Source: Hormiphora californensis
Lineage: Eukaryota; Animalia; Ctenophora
NCBI GenBank assembly: GCA_020137815.1
Contig: CM035361.1
Span: 5,704,001-5,768,000 of the forward strand
DNA: 64,000 nt
Direction: 5' to 3'
In this document: positions 13,351 through 27,200 of the stretch, in pieces
Numbering within the stretch: the first letter of the stretch is position 1
Layout: every line of letters begins with the position of its first letter
Notes under the pieces: model-generated
Seen by the model: the letters and a program-made list of their open reading frames with translations, nothing else
What the model was told of the DNA's origin: nothing
The model's database searches: none
Position numbers and translations under genes: made by a program

Positions 13351-13853
13351 TTTGGCACACCTGTTTGAGAAGGACATCGAGAGAAAATGAAGAGAGGCAC
13401 GGAGGGAAATTTCCCTCACGGAAATTTCCCTCACGGAAATTTCCCTCGCGGACATTTCTAACTAAACTAGATGTACTCGAAAATTAGCCTTACATGCCAA
13501 AAATGAGTAAATTGGCATACTTTGACAGCAAATATCCACAGAACGGTTAGAGATAGAGAGAGATAGACCCTAAAGTACTTCACAACTCTGAGATTAACTT
13601 TTTCTTCTGAACAAAATGGCACCCGTGAAAAGTCACTAAACCACTCCAGAGTGGCTATAGCCATATAGCCAAAAACTAATAGGGGAAACTCTAACTGAAT
13701 GGCATCCCATTAATGGGATCCCATCAACAGTAAAACGAAATTGGGATGAGATCGCCGTCGGCACGTAGGTCATTTGACCCCTATATTCCGACCTCCCTGC
13801 CGAAAACTCACTCCGAGAGAGTATTCGGCAGGGAGGGCATTTACCCCTCCTAT
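13351..13853. mobile_element. Dispersed repeat copy B (partner at 8623-9122)
   Basis: Near-identical to 8623-9122. Confidence 0.8.
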
Positions 13854-14799
13854 AGCTATTCACCCTCTGTACCGACGATCGGCAGGGAGGGCATTTACCC
13901 CTCCTTTTCACCCTCATATCAGTACCGACGAGGAGGGCGTTTCACTCCTTCTGTGAGCTCGAGAATTTGGCCGGCAGGCCAAATACGAAGAGTTCACTGT
14001 GTATTGTTCTTCTGAGTATCGTTAGGGTTAGGGTTAGGTAGGCGGTAAATGTTAACCAGATCTGAGAGAATACGTACCATTGCCAATTGATGATGCAACT
14101 TGGGTATTGGGATGCAATTGCGAGAGTCATGTGTGCTAATCGACTCTACTATTTGGCCAATTGGTGTTTTTAGGTTTCACATGGTTAAGGTCATTTGAAT
14201 TCGATGCCAGAGATCATGAGAATAATAATTAAAATGTATAGTATAACTCTACACTCATTACACACTTCAAGTTCATCACGAATTGGTCGCAGGTGGCCTG
14301 CAAATCAGGAGCTCTATTTTGCCCACTTGCAACATGTACGTAACGCGCGATACTGCGCTTGTAACGAAAGTTCAAAAGCGTTGAAGAGAATGCGCGCAAT
14401 TTTGAGCCATCCCCGCCTAGATTCAGCGCTGACAAGTGTTCCAGGATTTCCGTTTTGTGAGACCAAAGACCGAAACCATGCCTGATCTTGTCAAGGCGGG
14501 TGTTGAGGATAATATTGATTTTGATATGTGATACTACCTCTACCCCTTTTCGTAATGACAAAATGCAAAAATACGTGATTTAGGAAAACATTTGGAAAAT
14601 ATGTACAATTACTCGGACTGTTCTACGTCGTTCAAATATTCAGTCATTCTCATGTCTCATAGTACACTGTACAAAACTCTCTCTATCACTTCAGTCTGTC
14701 AGAGTGTCAGTCATTTATCTCTTGAAAACCATTGATCTACACAGTTCAATTCTCTGCTGGTCCAATTCCATGAATATATATTCCATGATATAATATATA

Positions 14800-15419
14800 G
14801 GGGGGGGGGGGGGGGGGGGGCCAAGGCCAAAAAAAGCCAGATCAATCCCGGATTTTAGGGCGGGTTTGGCTTTTTTTGGCTTTTTTTGGCCCTACTTTTT
14901 TGGTCATTTTGGCATGTAATTCTGACATTATATGGTCTGTATGACACTAAAAACACTTTAAAATGGCTTCTTTGATCTAGTTTTATCATTTTATATCGGT
15001 AAAGAAATATTTTTTTAACCAAAAAAGTCTGATTTAAAAAAAGCTAGATCAAAAAAAGCCAAAAAAAGCCAGATCGAAAAAAGCCAAAAAAAGCCAGATC
15101 AAAAAAAGCCAGATCAAAAAAAGCCAGATCAAAAAAAGCCAAAAAAAGCCAGATCAAAACTGCCAAATCAAAAAAAGCCAGATCAAAAAAGCCAAAAAAA
15201 GCCAAAAAAGGCCAAAAAAAGCCATATCCAAAAAAAGCCAGATCAAAAAAAGCCAAAAAAGGCCAAAAAAAGCCAGATCAAAAAAAGCCAGATCAAAAAA
15301 AGCCAAAAAAAGCCAGATCAAAAAAAGCCAAAAAAAGCCAGATCAAAAAAAGCCAGATCAGACCCGGATTTCAGGGCGGGTTTGGCTTTTTTTGGCCTTG
15401 GCCCCCCCCCCCCCCCCCC
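14800..15419. mobile_element. Non-autonomous DNA transposon with poly-G/poly-C-ended TIR (G)nCCAAGGCCAAAAAAAGCC and an internal AAAAAAAGCCAGATC array
   Basis: Inverted termini and a subterminal block repeated at both ends. An atataatat-like motif flanks both sides, but the TSD is not clean. Confidence 0.75.
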
Positions 15420-15441
15420 ATATAATATCAATAACGTGTCA

Positions 15442-18400
15442 TCAGTTCAGAGCAGTGGGAGCTGCGGCAGTCATAGGAGACACCTTGGGTTGGCCCAGAG
15501 AGTTAACGCTGAATGTACTTCCACCGTGTTTTTGAAGGATGTGGTCCCGTTTTAGGTTCAAATACTTCTTGTAGTTACCCAAATAGTCCTGAGAGGTAGG
15601 GGTGTTAGAGAGGGGTGTTAAAGGGGTGTTAGAGAGGGGTGTTAGAGAGGGGTGTTAGAGAGGGGTGTTAGAGAGGGGTGTTAGAGAGGGGTGTTAGAGG
15701 GTGAGAGAGGTAGGGGTGTTAGAGAGGGGTGTTAAAGGGGTGTTAGAGAGGGGTGTTAGAGGGGTGTTAGAGAGGGGTGTTAGAGGGTGAGAGAGATAGG
15801 GGTGTTAGAGGGGTGGGAGATAGGGTGAGAGAGGGGTGTTAAAGGGGTGTTAGAGAGGTGTTAACTGTTAAAGGGGTGGGAGAGAGGGAGATAGGGGTGT
15901 TAAAGGGGTGGGAGAGAGGGGTGTTAGAGGGTGAGAGAGATAGGGGTGTTAGAGGGGTGTTAAAGGGGTGTTAGAGAGGTGTTAACTGTTAGAGGGGTTT
16001 TAGAGGGTGGGAGATAGGGGTGGGAGATAGGGTGAGAGAGGGGTGTTAAAGGGGTGTTAAAGGGGTGTTAGAGAGGTGTTACCTGTTAGAAGGGTGTTAA
16101 AGGGGTGGGAGAGAGGGGTGTTAGAGGTAAGAGGGGTGTTAGATGGGTGAGAGGGGTGTTAGAGGGGTGTTAGAGAGGGGTGTTAGAGGGGTGTTAGAGA
16201 GGGGTGTTAGAGGGGTGTTAGAGAGGGGTGTTAGAGGGGTGGAAGAAGGGTGTTAAAGGGGTGTTAGAGAGGAGTGTTAGAGGGTGAGAGAGATAGGGGT
16301 GTTAGAAGGTGGGAGATAGGGGTGAGAGAGGGGTGTTAGAGGGGGGTGTTAGAGAGGCGTGTTAGAGGGTGGGAGAGGGGTGGAAGAGGGGTGAGAGAGG
16401 GGTGTTAGAGAGGGGTGAGAGAGGGGTGTTAGAGGGGGGTGTTAGAGAGGCGTGTTAGAGGGGTGTTAGAGGGGTGTTAGAGAGGTGAGAGAGGGGTTAG
16501 AGAGGTGTTAGAGGTGTTAAATGGGTGTTAGAGGGGTGTTAGAGGGTGAGAGAGATAGGGGTGTTAGAGGGTGAGAGAGGGGTGGGAGATAGGGTGAGAG
16601 AGATAGGGGTGTTAGAGGGGTGGGAGAGAGGGTGAGAGAGATAGGGGTGTTAGAGGGGTGTTAGAGAGGGGTGTTAGAGGGTGAGAGAGATAGGGGCCGG
16701 GTGTTAGAGGGGTGGGAGATAGGGTGAGAGAGGGGTGTTAAAGGGGTGTTAGAGAGGTTTTAACTGTTAAAGGGGTGGGAGAGAGGGAGATAGGGGTGTT
16801 AAAGGGGTGTTAGAGGGGTGGGAGAGAGGGGTGAGAGAGGGGTGTTAGAGGGTGAGAGAGATAGGGGTGTTAGAGGGGTGAGAGAGGGGTGTTAAAGGGG
16901 TGTTAGAGAGGTGTTAACTGTTAGAGGGGTTTTAGAGGGTGGGAGATAGGGGTGGGAGATAGGGTGAGAGAGGGGTGTTAAAGGGGTGTTAAAGGGGTGT
17001 TAGAGAGGTGTTACCTGTTAGAAGGGTGTTAAAGGGGTGGGAGAGAGGGGTGTTAGAGGTAAGAGGGGTGTTAGATGGGTGAGAGGGGTGTTAGAGGGGT
17101 GTTAGATGGGTGAGAGAGGGGTGTTAGAGAGGGGTGTTAGAGGGTGGGAGATAGGGGTGAGAGAGGGGTGTTAGTAGGGGGGGGGGGGTGTTAGAGGGGT
17201 ATCACAGTTTACTTCACAGTTCACAATATATTTTATTACTTACCTCATCTCCATTGACTTCAAGTTGTATGGCCTTCAACCTAGCAGCCCTGTCTGCTGC
17301 CATTTTCTCTTTGGCGGCCTGGACATCCTCTTTAGATGCAGCTGCAATTAGAGTTAATTAGTGTTAATTAGAGTTAATTAGAGTTAATTAGAGTTAATTA
17401 GATATTAATTGGAATTAGTTAGTGTTAATTGGATTTAATCAAAGTTAATTTGCAGAAGGTAAATTAGTAACAACATTGTTCTATTATTAATCAAAACTAA
17501 TATTAATCAAACTAATTAAATTAATTAACTCACTTCCAACATCATCAGCCAACATGGTCAGATTATGGGCTCTCTCTTCCAAGATGGCAACTTGTTGTTT
17601 CAGAGATAGGACCTCTCGTGATGCCGCATCTACCTTCACTAAAAAAAGGGAGAGGGTTTATATGGTGGAGTGATAGTTTGGGTGCCACCCAACCACCAGA
17701 TCGATCCTGCTAAAATGTGAAACTGTAGAACTTCTACTAGAAGTGTGCACAGTTACCCTAATAAAACACGAGATCTAACACCGCCACTTGGTGACGCGGC
17801 CATCCCTACACTAGCCGCGCGCAGCGCGGCTAAACGAAGCCCGCGAAGCATCACCAACACCGCCACGTGTTCCAATATAATAATAACTCACACGAAAGAC
17901 TGCCACAATCTGCCTCCCTCTCAGCTAGCTTCCCTTCAGCGTGGATACTCCTCGAACTACACTCCCCGGCCACTGCCGCCATCTTTTCGAGCTCTTCTTC
18001 AAGGATGGATATCTCCGCTTCTTGCTCGGTTAGGAGCTTCCGCAGTTTAGTATGATCACCAACACGATCTAGGGATAGGGGGTATTATTCTCCGCAGTTT
18101 AGTATGGTCACCCACACGATCTAAATTAAAGATGGGACGTGTTATATTGGACGTTATATTTCCGGGCGAAAAGAAATTTGAGATCACACACACACTGATC
18201 CTCCCAGGCTCATCACCATGGGCACGTCGCGCCCCTCATGTTCGTGCGCCCGGAGGCCCTCCTGTAATTGGTCACGTGACTTCGCCCCCTCACTTGAAAA
18301 ATCATTCCTACGCCCCTCATGTTCGCGCGATCCCCTCACGCAGGCAACCACCACACTTACTCTGATCAATGATGATTCGGTTGACAGTTCTCTTGATACA

Positions 18401-21400
18401 CTTGACCCACTTCTCCCTCTCTTCATAGGTTGTTGTACTGAAAATTACCGTGTTTTCCTCACTGCCATTCACTCCGGACACCTGGGAAGAGTTAATTAGA
18501 ACAATTGTACCTGCGAAGAGTTAATTAGAACATTAATTAGACCTTGTACCTGCGAAGAGTTAATTAGAACATTAATTAGACCTTGTACCTGGGAAGAGTT
18601 AATTAGAACATTACTTAGACCTTGTACCTGCAAAGAGTTAGAACATTACTTAGACCTTGTACCTGGGAAGAGTTAATTAGAACATTAATTAGTACTTGGA
18701 GAACGGAGAGGATTATTATGTTACAACCCTCCTTTACATTGGTACGGTGAAAAAGGGTCGAGCAACGAAGAGTATTGTTACTGACTGACAGACAGATACA
18801 CAAACAGAGTGACAGACAGAGTGACAGACAGTCAGGCTAACAGATGGATTAACGAAGAAACATATGTCTGTGAGATTTTTGTATCCCTAAAAAAGTTGTA
18901 GAATCTTTATAAGATCACCGGTTACCTATTATATATATATTAGAGCAAAAACTAATTGAAATTAGTTCGCCAGAAAGGTGGCCCATTTTGAACTTACTCC
19001 TTCATTTCCGTCACCTTTGAGTTGAGACTTCAAAGACATTGAGGTATCCTTAAACTTTTCCGCCTTCAACTCAAAGGTGACGGAAATGAAGGAGTAAGTT
19101 CAAAATGGGCCACCTTTCTGGCGAACTAATTTCAATTAGTTTTTGCTCTAAATTTGTACTCTTTTTTGGTCGTTTGAGGTCATTTATGACCTCAAACAAC
19201 TAAGCTATTTGTCAACTAAAGTGTTCAAATGTAATTCAAATGTAATTTCAAAATTCGACGTCGTTTTGACGTCGTGACGTCACACGTGACGTCACGACGA
19301 CGTAAAAAATTATGACAGACTATTCGGCCAATGAAGCACTAAACGTGTGAAAAGTTTTAAAGGCCATGGTAGTTAAGAACTGAAGTTATTGCACGAAATG
19401 TGAGTTTTTATGTGGATTTTCACATCAAATTTTTGAGTTCCGACGCGTTTTAAGGTCTGAAAATGACAGGTCAGAAAAATTTGCAATATAGTATCTGAAA
19501 GTTCAGACAATTTCCCACTAACGATTTTGCGTCAAATTAGGAATTGGAAAATGTCTTGAGGGTGCTAGAGGCGTTTGAAAATATTTGGTCTGAGATTTTT
19601 CAATGACGTCACTTTGTGACGTCATTACGCCCGTCATAGTGGACATTTTGACTTGAAACCTTAACTAATGCATGCCCCGAACGATTTCCTAACGGATAAA
19701 ACTTGGTTCAAGTCTCTAGCTAGTATGGTTCAGGCTACAAGTGTTACACAGTGAAGCGTCTATAGCTATAGCTATATATATATCTATCTATTAACACTTC
19801 AAATGACAACTAGTTTAGTTGTTTGAGGTCATAAATGACCTCAAACAACCAAAAAAAAGTACAAATTTAGAGCAAAAACTAATTGAAATTAGTTCGCCGG
19901 AAAGGTGGCCCACTTTGTTCTTACTCCTTCATTTACGTCACCTATGAGTTGAGGCTTCAAAGACATTGAGGTATCCGTATACTTTTTCGCCTTCAACTCA
20001 AAGGTGACGGAAATGAAGGAGTAAGAACAAAGTGGGCCACCTTTCCGGCGAACTAATTTCAATTAGTTTTTGCTCTAAATTTGTACTTTTTTTTGGTTGT
20101 TTGAGGTCATTTATGACCTCAAACAACTAAACTAGTTGTCATTTGAAGTGTTAAAATGTAATTGAAATATATAATCATGGGTTATAGGAAACTGATTTGA
20201 AGAAATTTTCAAAATTCGACGTCATTTTGACGTCGTGACGTCACATATGACGTCACGACGACGTCAAAATTATGACAGAATATTATACCTATGAAGCTCT
20301 AAACGTGTGGAACGTTTTAAAGGCCATGGTAGTCAAGAATTGAAGTTATTGCACGAAATGTGAGTTTTGGATGTGGATTTTTATATCAAATTTTTGAGTT
20401 CGGACGCGTTTTAAGGTCTGAAAATGACACGTTACAGAAATTCACGATATAGTATCTGAAAGTTCAGACAATTTGCCACTAACGATTTTGCGTCAAATCA
20501 GGAACCAGAGTACGTCTTTAGGGCGTTAGAGGCGTTTGAAAATATTTGGTCTGAGATTTTGCAATGACGTCACTTAGTGACGTCATTACGGTCGTCATAG
20601 TGGACATTTTGACTTGAAACCTTAACTAATGCATGCCCCGAACGATTTCCTAACGGATAAAACTTGGTTCAAGTTTCTAGCTAGTATGGTTCTAGCCACA
20701 AGTGTTACACAGTGAAGCGTCTATATCTATCTATCTATCTATATATATATATATATATAAATAAAAACGGGCAAAGCCCGGACTGTTAAAACAGGTTCCG
20801 TCCCGGTGGCATGTTATAGTAGAAGGTTTGATAAATCATAATGATGATGGATCAGGTGGACTCAACAAATCAAAAAACCACATTTGGTGGACTTATAAAA
20901 ATTAAAATCAGCAATGCATTTCAAACGAAAGTTATCTTCAGGCTGAGAGTGCCACAGCTCCTCAGAGTGTCCTTACTCTTTGTAGTTGACTCCTTCATAA
21001 AAACATATAAATCAGTGTGATTTATTCCTGGCGTTTGCAGGTAAATTCCACGTCCTATTTCCCAGGTACTGTCTGTACATCCTTCACACTGCGTAGTGTG
21101 CTTCTGATTTTGTATCAGGTCCGGTGCAGCCTCCACTATATTATCTCCGGGGGTGTCCTGGGTGTCCAGTTTGTTTTCAGTGACCTTCGTGGTTTGTTTT
21201 ACAGTGACTTCTGTTTCCCATCTGTTTCCCCTACGGCTAGCTTGACTGGCTTATCCCCCATGTCGTCGGAGTGACGCTTTGTTTCACTGCTAGGCACTTT
21301 CCACTATCTTCCTGGCCATCATCGCAGGTAGGATCGTGGAATCCCCGTACATATAATATGTACGGGGGAGGAGCTTGCACTATGTGGTCAAAACGCGCAT

Positions 21401-23994
21401 TTGTCCGATAGGAATCCTCCGTTTTGAGGGGTTTTGCGCGATTTTGTTAGGCGCTTTCAGGGAGCGTGCACGCTTGCGTGTGCTGTCAAACACCCTGGAA
21501 ATTGTGTAGCAGTTGTAGGTAATCGTCTAAAGATCATTTTGCTACCCATAACTTGGCTGAAAGTGCGGCAGGTTTTGGACAGCACGGTATCAAAGTTCGT
21601 CCTATAGCCCAAAAACTGGCTTCTGTTCAAAGCGCAACCTAAATTTTGGTATCAAAAGAAAGCTAGGCGGCTAGAGATTACTATGCAACCTCTCCATCGC
21701 AACCGGTCCGATGCGGTCATGTATTAAATGCGACATTTATGCTAAAAAAGCACTTGTCAGCGCTGGTTTTACACGTAAAAACGCGCAACGAGGTTGGATC
21801 TTGGTCAAAATTGAGCCTCTACTGCGCGTTTTCTATCAAAATCACCAGATCTCGCGAGCCTATCGGACATGACCACATAGTGGCTTGGTGATTGAAATGG
21901 AGAGTCCCCGACCGGGAGGTAGGTAGATAAATAAAAACGGGCAAAGCCCGGACTGTTAAAACAGGTTCCGTCCCGGTGGCATGTTATAGTAGAAGGTTTG
22001 ATAAATCATAATGATGATGGATCAGGTGGACTCAACAAATCAAAAAACCACATTTGGTGGACTTATAAAAATTAAAATCAGCAATGCATTTCAAACGAAA
22101 GTTATCTTCAGGCTGAGAGTGCCACAGCTCCTCAGAGTGTCCTTACTCTTTGTAGTTGACTCCTTCATAAAAACATATAAATCAGTGTGATTTATTCCTG
22201 GCGTTTGCAGGTAAATTCCACGTCCTATTTCCCAGGTACTGTCTGTACATCCTTCACACTGCGTAGTGTGCTTCTGATTTTGTATCAGGTCCGGTGCAGC
22301 CTCCACTATATTATCTCCGGGGGTGTCCTGGGTGTCCAGTTTGTTTTCAGTGACCTTCGTGGTTTGTTTTACAGTGACTTCTGTTTCCCATCTGTTTCCC
22401 CTACGGCTAGCTTGACTGGCTTATCCCCCATGTCGTCGGAGTGACGCTTTGTTTCACTGCTAGGCACTTTCCACTATCTTCCTGGCCATCATCGCAGGTA
22501 GGATCGTGGAATCCCCGTACATATAATATGTACGGGGGAGGAGCTTGGTGATTGAAATGGAGAGTCCCCGACCGGGAGGTAGGTAGATAAATAAAAACGG
22601 GCAAAGCCCGGACTGTTAAAACAGGTTCCGTCCCGGTGGCATGTTATAGTAGAAGGTTTGATAAATCATAATGATGATGGATCAGGTGGACTCAACAAAT
22701 CAAAAAACCACATTTGGTGGACTTATAAAATTAAAATCAGCAATGCATTTCAAACGAAAGTTATCTTCAGGCTGAGAGTGCCACAGCTCCTCAGAGTGTC
22801 CTTACTCTTTGTAGTTGACTCCTTCATAAAAACATATAAATCATGGACCGGGCCCAAACGGGATCTGAAATGAAACCTGTCATACATGTACCACAATGGG
22901 GACATTCCCCACATTTTACCGAAATTTGCTGGTAGTGTATGGAGCGTGAAATACGATGAACACTGAAAAAACTAAAGCATTTTATGTTTTTATAAAGGAG
23001 TCACGGAAAAAAAGGCCAAGACCTCCAGAGGAACTTGGCATCCCTATGTAGGTCCCCCATGTTGAAGGAGCTTTTTTTTTTAAAACCCCCCAAAATGGTT
23101 TGTTGAACCTCCCCCTACCTATCCCCATCTTTGTTTGTGACATCCCCTTGATATAATATATAATCCCCATCCCCCACACGAATTTTTTTTTTGGGGGGGG
23201 GGTTTGTCAAACTTGCGACCGGGAATAGCTAGCTTTTTGAAATTTTACCGTCAGTAGATTTTGTGTGAAGTTTTGTCCCAAAATTTCAGCCCCTGTATCG
23301 GGTTCCCGGATTTAGGAGGGGTCGAAAAGTGAAAAAATGGGCTAAAACTTAAAAATTGTTAAAATTCGCTTGGCAAGCGGGCCCACTTTTCGGGAAAAAT
23401 TTTGGGGGGGGTGGGAGGGGCCCCCAATTTTTCGTTTGCCAGCAAAAGTGATCTATCGCCACACTGAAATTTTCTGTTTTGGGGGTGGTGTCATAACTTG
23501 CGAACGGAATGAGCTAGCTACTTGAAATTTTTACCGTCAGTAGAGGTCTATGTGAAGCTTCTTAGTACCAAATTTCAGCCTCCTAGCTCATCTGGTTCCG
23601 GAGTTAGGAGGGGTCGAAAAGTACCAAAATGGGCTATAACTTCAAAATTGTTATATCTACGCTGTTGGCAAGAGGGCCCACTTTTTCGGGAAAAGTTTTA
23701 GGGGGGAGGGGATGGGGCCACCTTTGCGCTTGCCAGCGCAGTGATAATAGTTGTTGAGTAACTCAACAAGCTGTTATAGAGCATCCAATATTTATATGAT
23801 AGATAGATAATATTGGAGCTAGACATATAACATCTTTTCCTTATCGATGCTTGTAATTGTGGGGGGAGTGGCTATAAGCCGTTTATAGATAAAGATAAAC
23901 GCACGAGGAAACTTTATAGGGGTTAAATCATCGGTAAGTGCTTTGGAAGGGAACGGAGAGGGAGAAAAAAAAGAGAGAGAGGGAGCGAGAGAGA

Positions 23995-24058
<64 letters not shown>

Positions 24059-24064
24059 GAGAGA

Positions 24065-24110
<46 letters not shown>

Positions 24111-24124
24111 GAGAGTGAGAGAGA

Positions 24125-24215
<91 letters not shown>

Positions 24216-27200
24216 AGAGAGGGGAGAGAAATATAGAGAAATATAAATGAATATATTTCTAACTGTCTCTGGGATCGATGCGATGGGCACATGGCATCGA
24301 TCATCAAGCATGGCATGGGCACAAGCACGGGGGGAGCAGAAAACTTGTTACTCTTGATAAAAGGAACATGGTGATCTAGGAGAGGATCGATTAGCTGATT
24401 ATAGCTCAAGAAGAGTGGGAATAATATGTCTGCTTTATATCTCTCCCCCTTCGGTCTCTGATCCAAGAAAATATAACCTTCCTAGGCCTAGACAGGCGCT
24501 GGTTTAAATTGCTCTCACTCCGCCTTGGTATATTTATCAGACAGGGAAACTCTTTTCCAACCTTTGCGAGTCTTATCGAACTTTTTTAAATAATAATTTC
24601 AAATTTTAAGACGGAGATAAAATATATGATAAGTATGATAAATATGCTAATTTTGTTACTTCTTTTAAAGTTTCATAGTTGTTGAAATCTGATTCTAGGG
24701 ATGAGATCAGTTGTGTGGCTGATAATGGCCGTCATGTTCCAGTGGACTACAGGTGAGTGGACAATAATTGAGTTAGGGACCAGTTACAAAATTGGAAACT
24801 GATGTCGGTTTTCAGGTCCCGGTTGCCACTAGCAGTGTGTCCCAGCTGCAAACTATAGCGTCAGTTTCCAAACTAGCGTCAGTTTCCAACCTCTCTACCC
24901 CTTACTCACCAAGTTTGGCGAAGAATTGTTAGGTTCTTAATTGAATATTAGTACTGCAAAATCGTTGTTTCTCTTTAATAATTGTTAGGTTGCCAAACGT
25001 TGAGCAATCCGACCGGGTAACTATCATAGCGTCTTGGGATTCCCCTTGTTTTGGGGACGTCGCGCCCCTCATGTTCGCGCGACCTACCCCTCGATTTCGA
25101 ACCCGTATACTATTATATGCCCACTTGGTTGTTCATGTAATATCTTGAGTGTTAGATAGCATATTCTAGGCAGATGGTAAGTAATCATTAGCAAAATTGG
25201 TTTCCTTTCTAGTTATCAAATCATATATTATTTCAGCGTGGAGTCCAGTTGTTCATAATACTAAGATCCCATTTGATCTGGAGAGCAACCCTCTTCAAAT
25301 CAAGACCAACTCTACTGCCGGGAGTAGGGACATGATCTTGGTGTATAAATACACTGCAGATGGGACTACGATTGGAGGGGTGGGGGTGAGTTTTACCTCA
25401 CCTATCCAATACTACATCGGCTACTGCAGCTCATGGCTTGAACTCCCAGTACAACTACCAGAGGAAGTGGACAAGATTTGGACAATTGGAATCACGAATA
25501 CCACCCTCAACATAGAGTGCAACGGGGTGGAGGTTCTAAACTACCAGTTCAGTGACAGTAGTGATAGTGATTGTGTACCAAAGTGGGGAGAAGATGTGGA
25601 GAAGATAAAATTTAGCTCCTCTGACACCGCATCAGACAGCTACCGTGCAAAACCAACAGGTAATGAAGGAGTGATCAATCACTGCAACAATTTTTGATTT
25701 ATAGCCTAGCATCTCAAATATATTTAAAAAACCATTTCTTTCCACTAGCGTGCCCTGGGTTTACCGTGGACGGATCAGTGCAAGGAAGTTGGAACGATAC
25801 AGATCTAGGAGAGACAGTGACCATCAACTGTCAGAAGAAGCACGTGCAAGAAGGTAGCTCTGAGAGGACCTGTGGTGATGGTGGAGAGTGGATAAATGAA
25901 GCTCCTATCTGTGTCATGACACTAGGTAGGTATATTGACTGATTTAATTGTTAACACTACCCTGGCAGCAACATCCTGTTGTTGTGTTTGGTACCATACA
26001 AGACTTGATATGAACTTTGCTGTTCAAATAATATCCTGAGTTTTAGAGACCCATATTTTAGGCAGATGGTAAGTAATCGTTTGCGAAATGGTTTTAATTT
26101 CTAGTTATCAAATCATATAATATCATTTCAGCGTGGAGTCCAGTTGTTCGTGACACTTTTATCCCATTTGATCTGGAGAGCACCCCTCTTCAAATCAAAA
26201 CCAACTCTACTGCCGGGAGTGGGGACATGATCTGGTTGAGAACATTCACTGTAGATGGGAGTTACATTATTGGAGGATTGCGGGTGGGGTTTACCTCACC
26301 TATGAAATACCTCATCGGCTACTGCAGCTCATGGCTTGAACTCCCAGTACAACCGCCAGAGGAAGTGGACAAGATTTGGACAATTGGAAAGACGAATACC
26401 ACCCTCAACATAGAGTGCAATGGGGTGGAGGTTCTAAACTACCAGTTCAATGACAGTAGTCAGGATGACTGTGTATCAAAGTGGGGAGGAGATGTAGTGG
26501 AGAAAATAGCATTTCGCTTCTCTGACATCGCATCAGACAGCTACCGTGCAAAACCAACAGGTAATGAAGGAGTGATCAATCACTGCAACAATTTTTGATT
26601 TATAGCCTAGCATCTCAAATATATTTAAAAAACCATTTCTATCAACTAGCGTGCCCTGGGTTTACCGTGGACGGATCAGTGCAAGGAAGTTGGAACGATA
26701 CAGATCCAGGAGAGACAGTGACCATCAACTGCCAGAAGAACCACGTGCAAGAAGGTAGCTCTGAGAGGCCCTGTGGTGATGGTGGAGAGTGGATAAATGA
26801 AGCTCCTCTCTGTGTCATCACACTAGGTAGGTATATTGACTGATTTAATTGTTAACACTACCCTGGCAGCAACATCCTGTTGGTGTGTTTGGTACCAGAC
26901 AAGACTTGATATGAACTTGGTTGGTCATATAATATCCTGAGTGTTAGATATATAATAGCATATTTTAGGCAGATGTTAAATAATCGTTTGCGAAATGGTT
27001 TTCCTTTCTAGTTATCAAATCATATAATATTTCAGTGTGGAGTCCAGTGGTACGTGGTACTAAGATCCCATTTGATCTGGAGAGCACCCCTCTTCAAATC
27101 AAGACCAACTCTACTGCCGGGAGTAGGGACATGATCTTGGTGTATAAATACGCTGCAGATGGGAGTTCCATTGGAGGGGTGGGGGTGAGGTTCTCCTCAC

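Noticed and set aside
14021-14040. TTAGGG telomeric repeats (also ~38355-38403)
   Set aside because: Only a few units, embedded in transposon-derived sequence. Not a chromosome end.
20921-22444. Duplicated 71-aa and 85-aa ORFs as a gene pair
   Set aside because: They come from the 660-bp tandem duplication, have non-ATG starts and show no recognisable domain.
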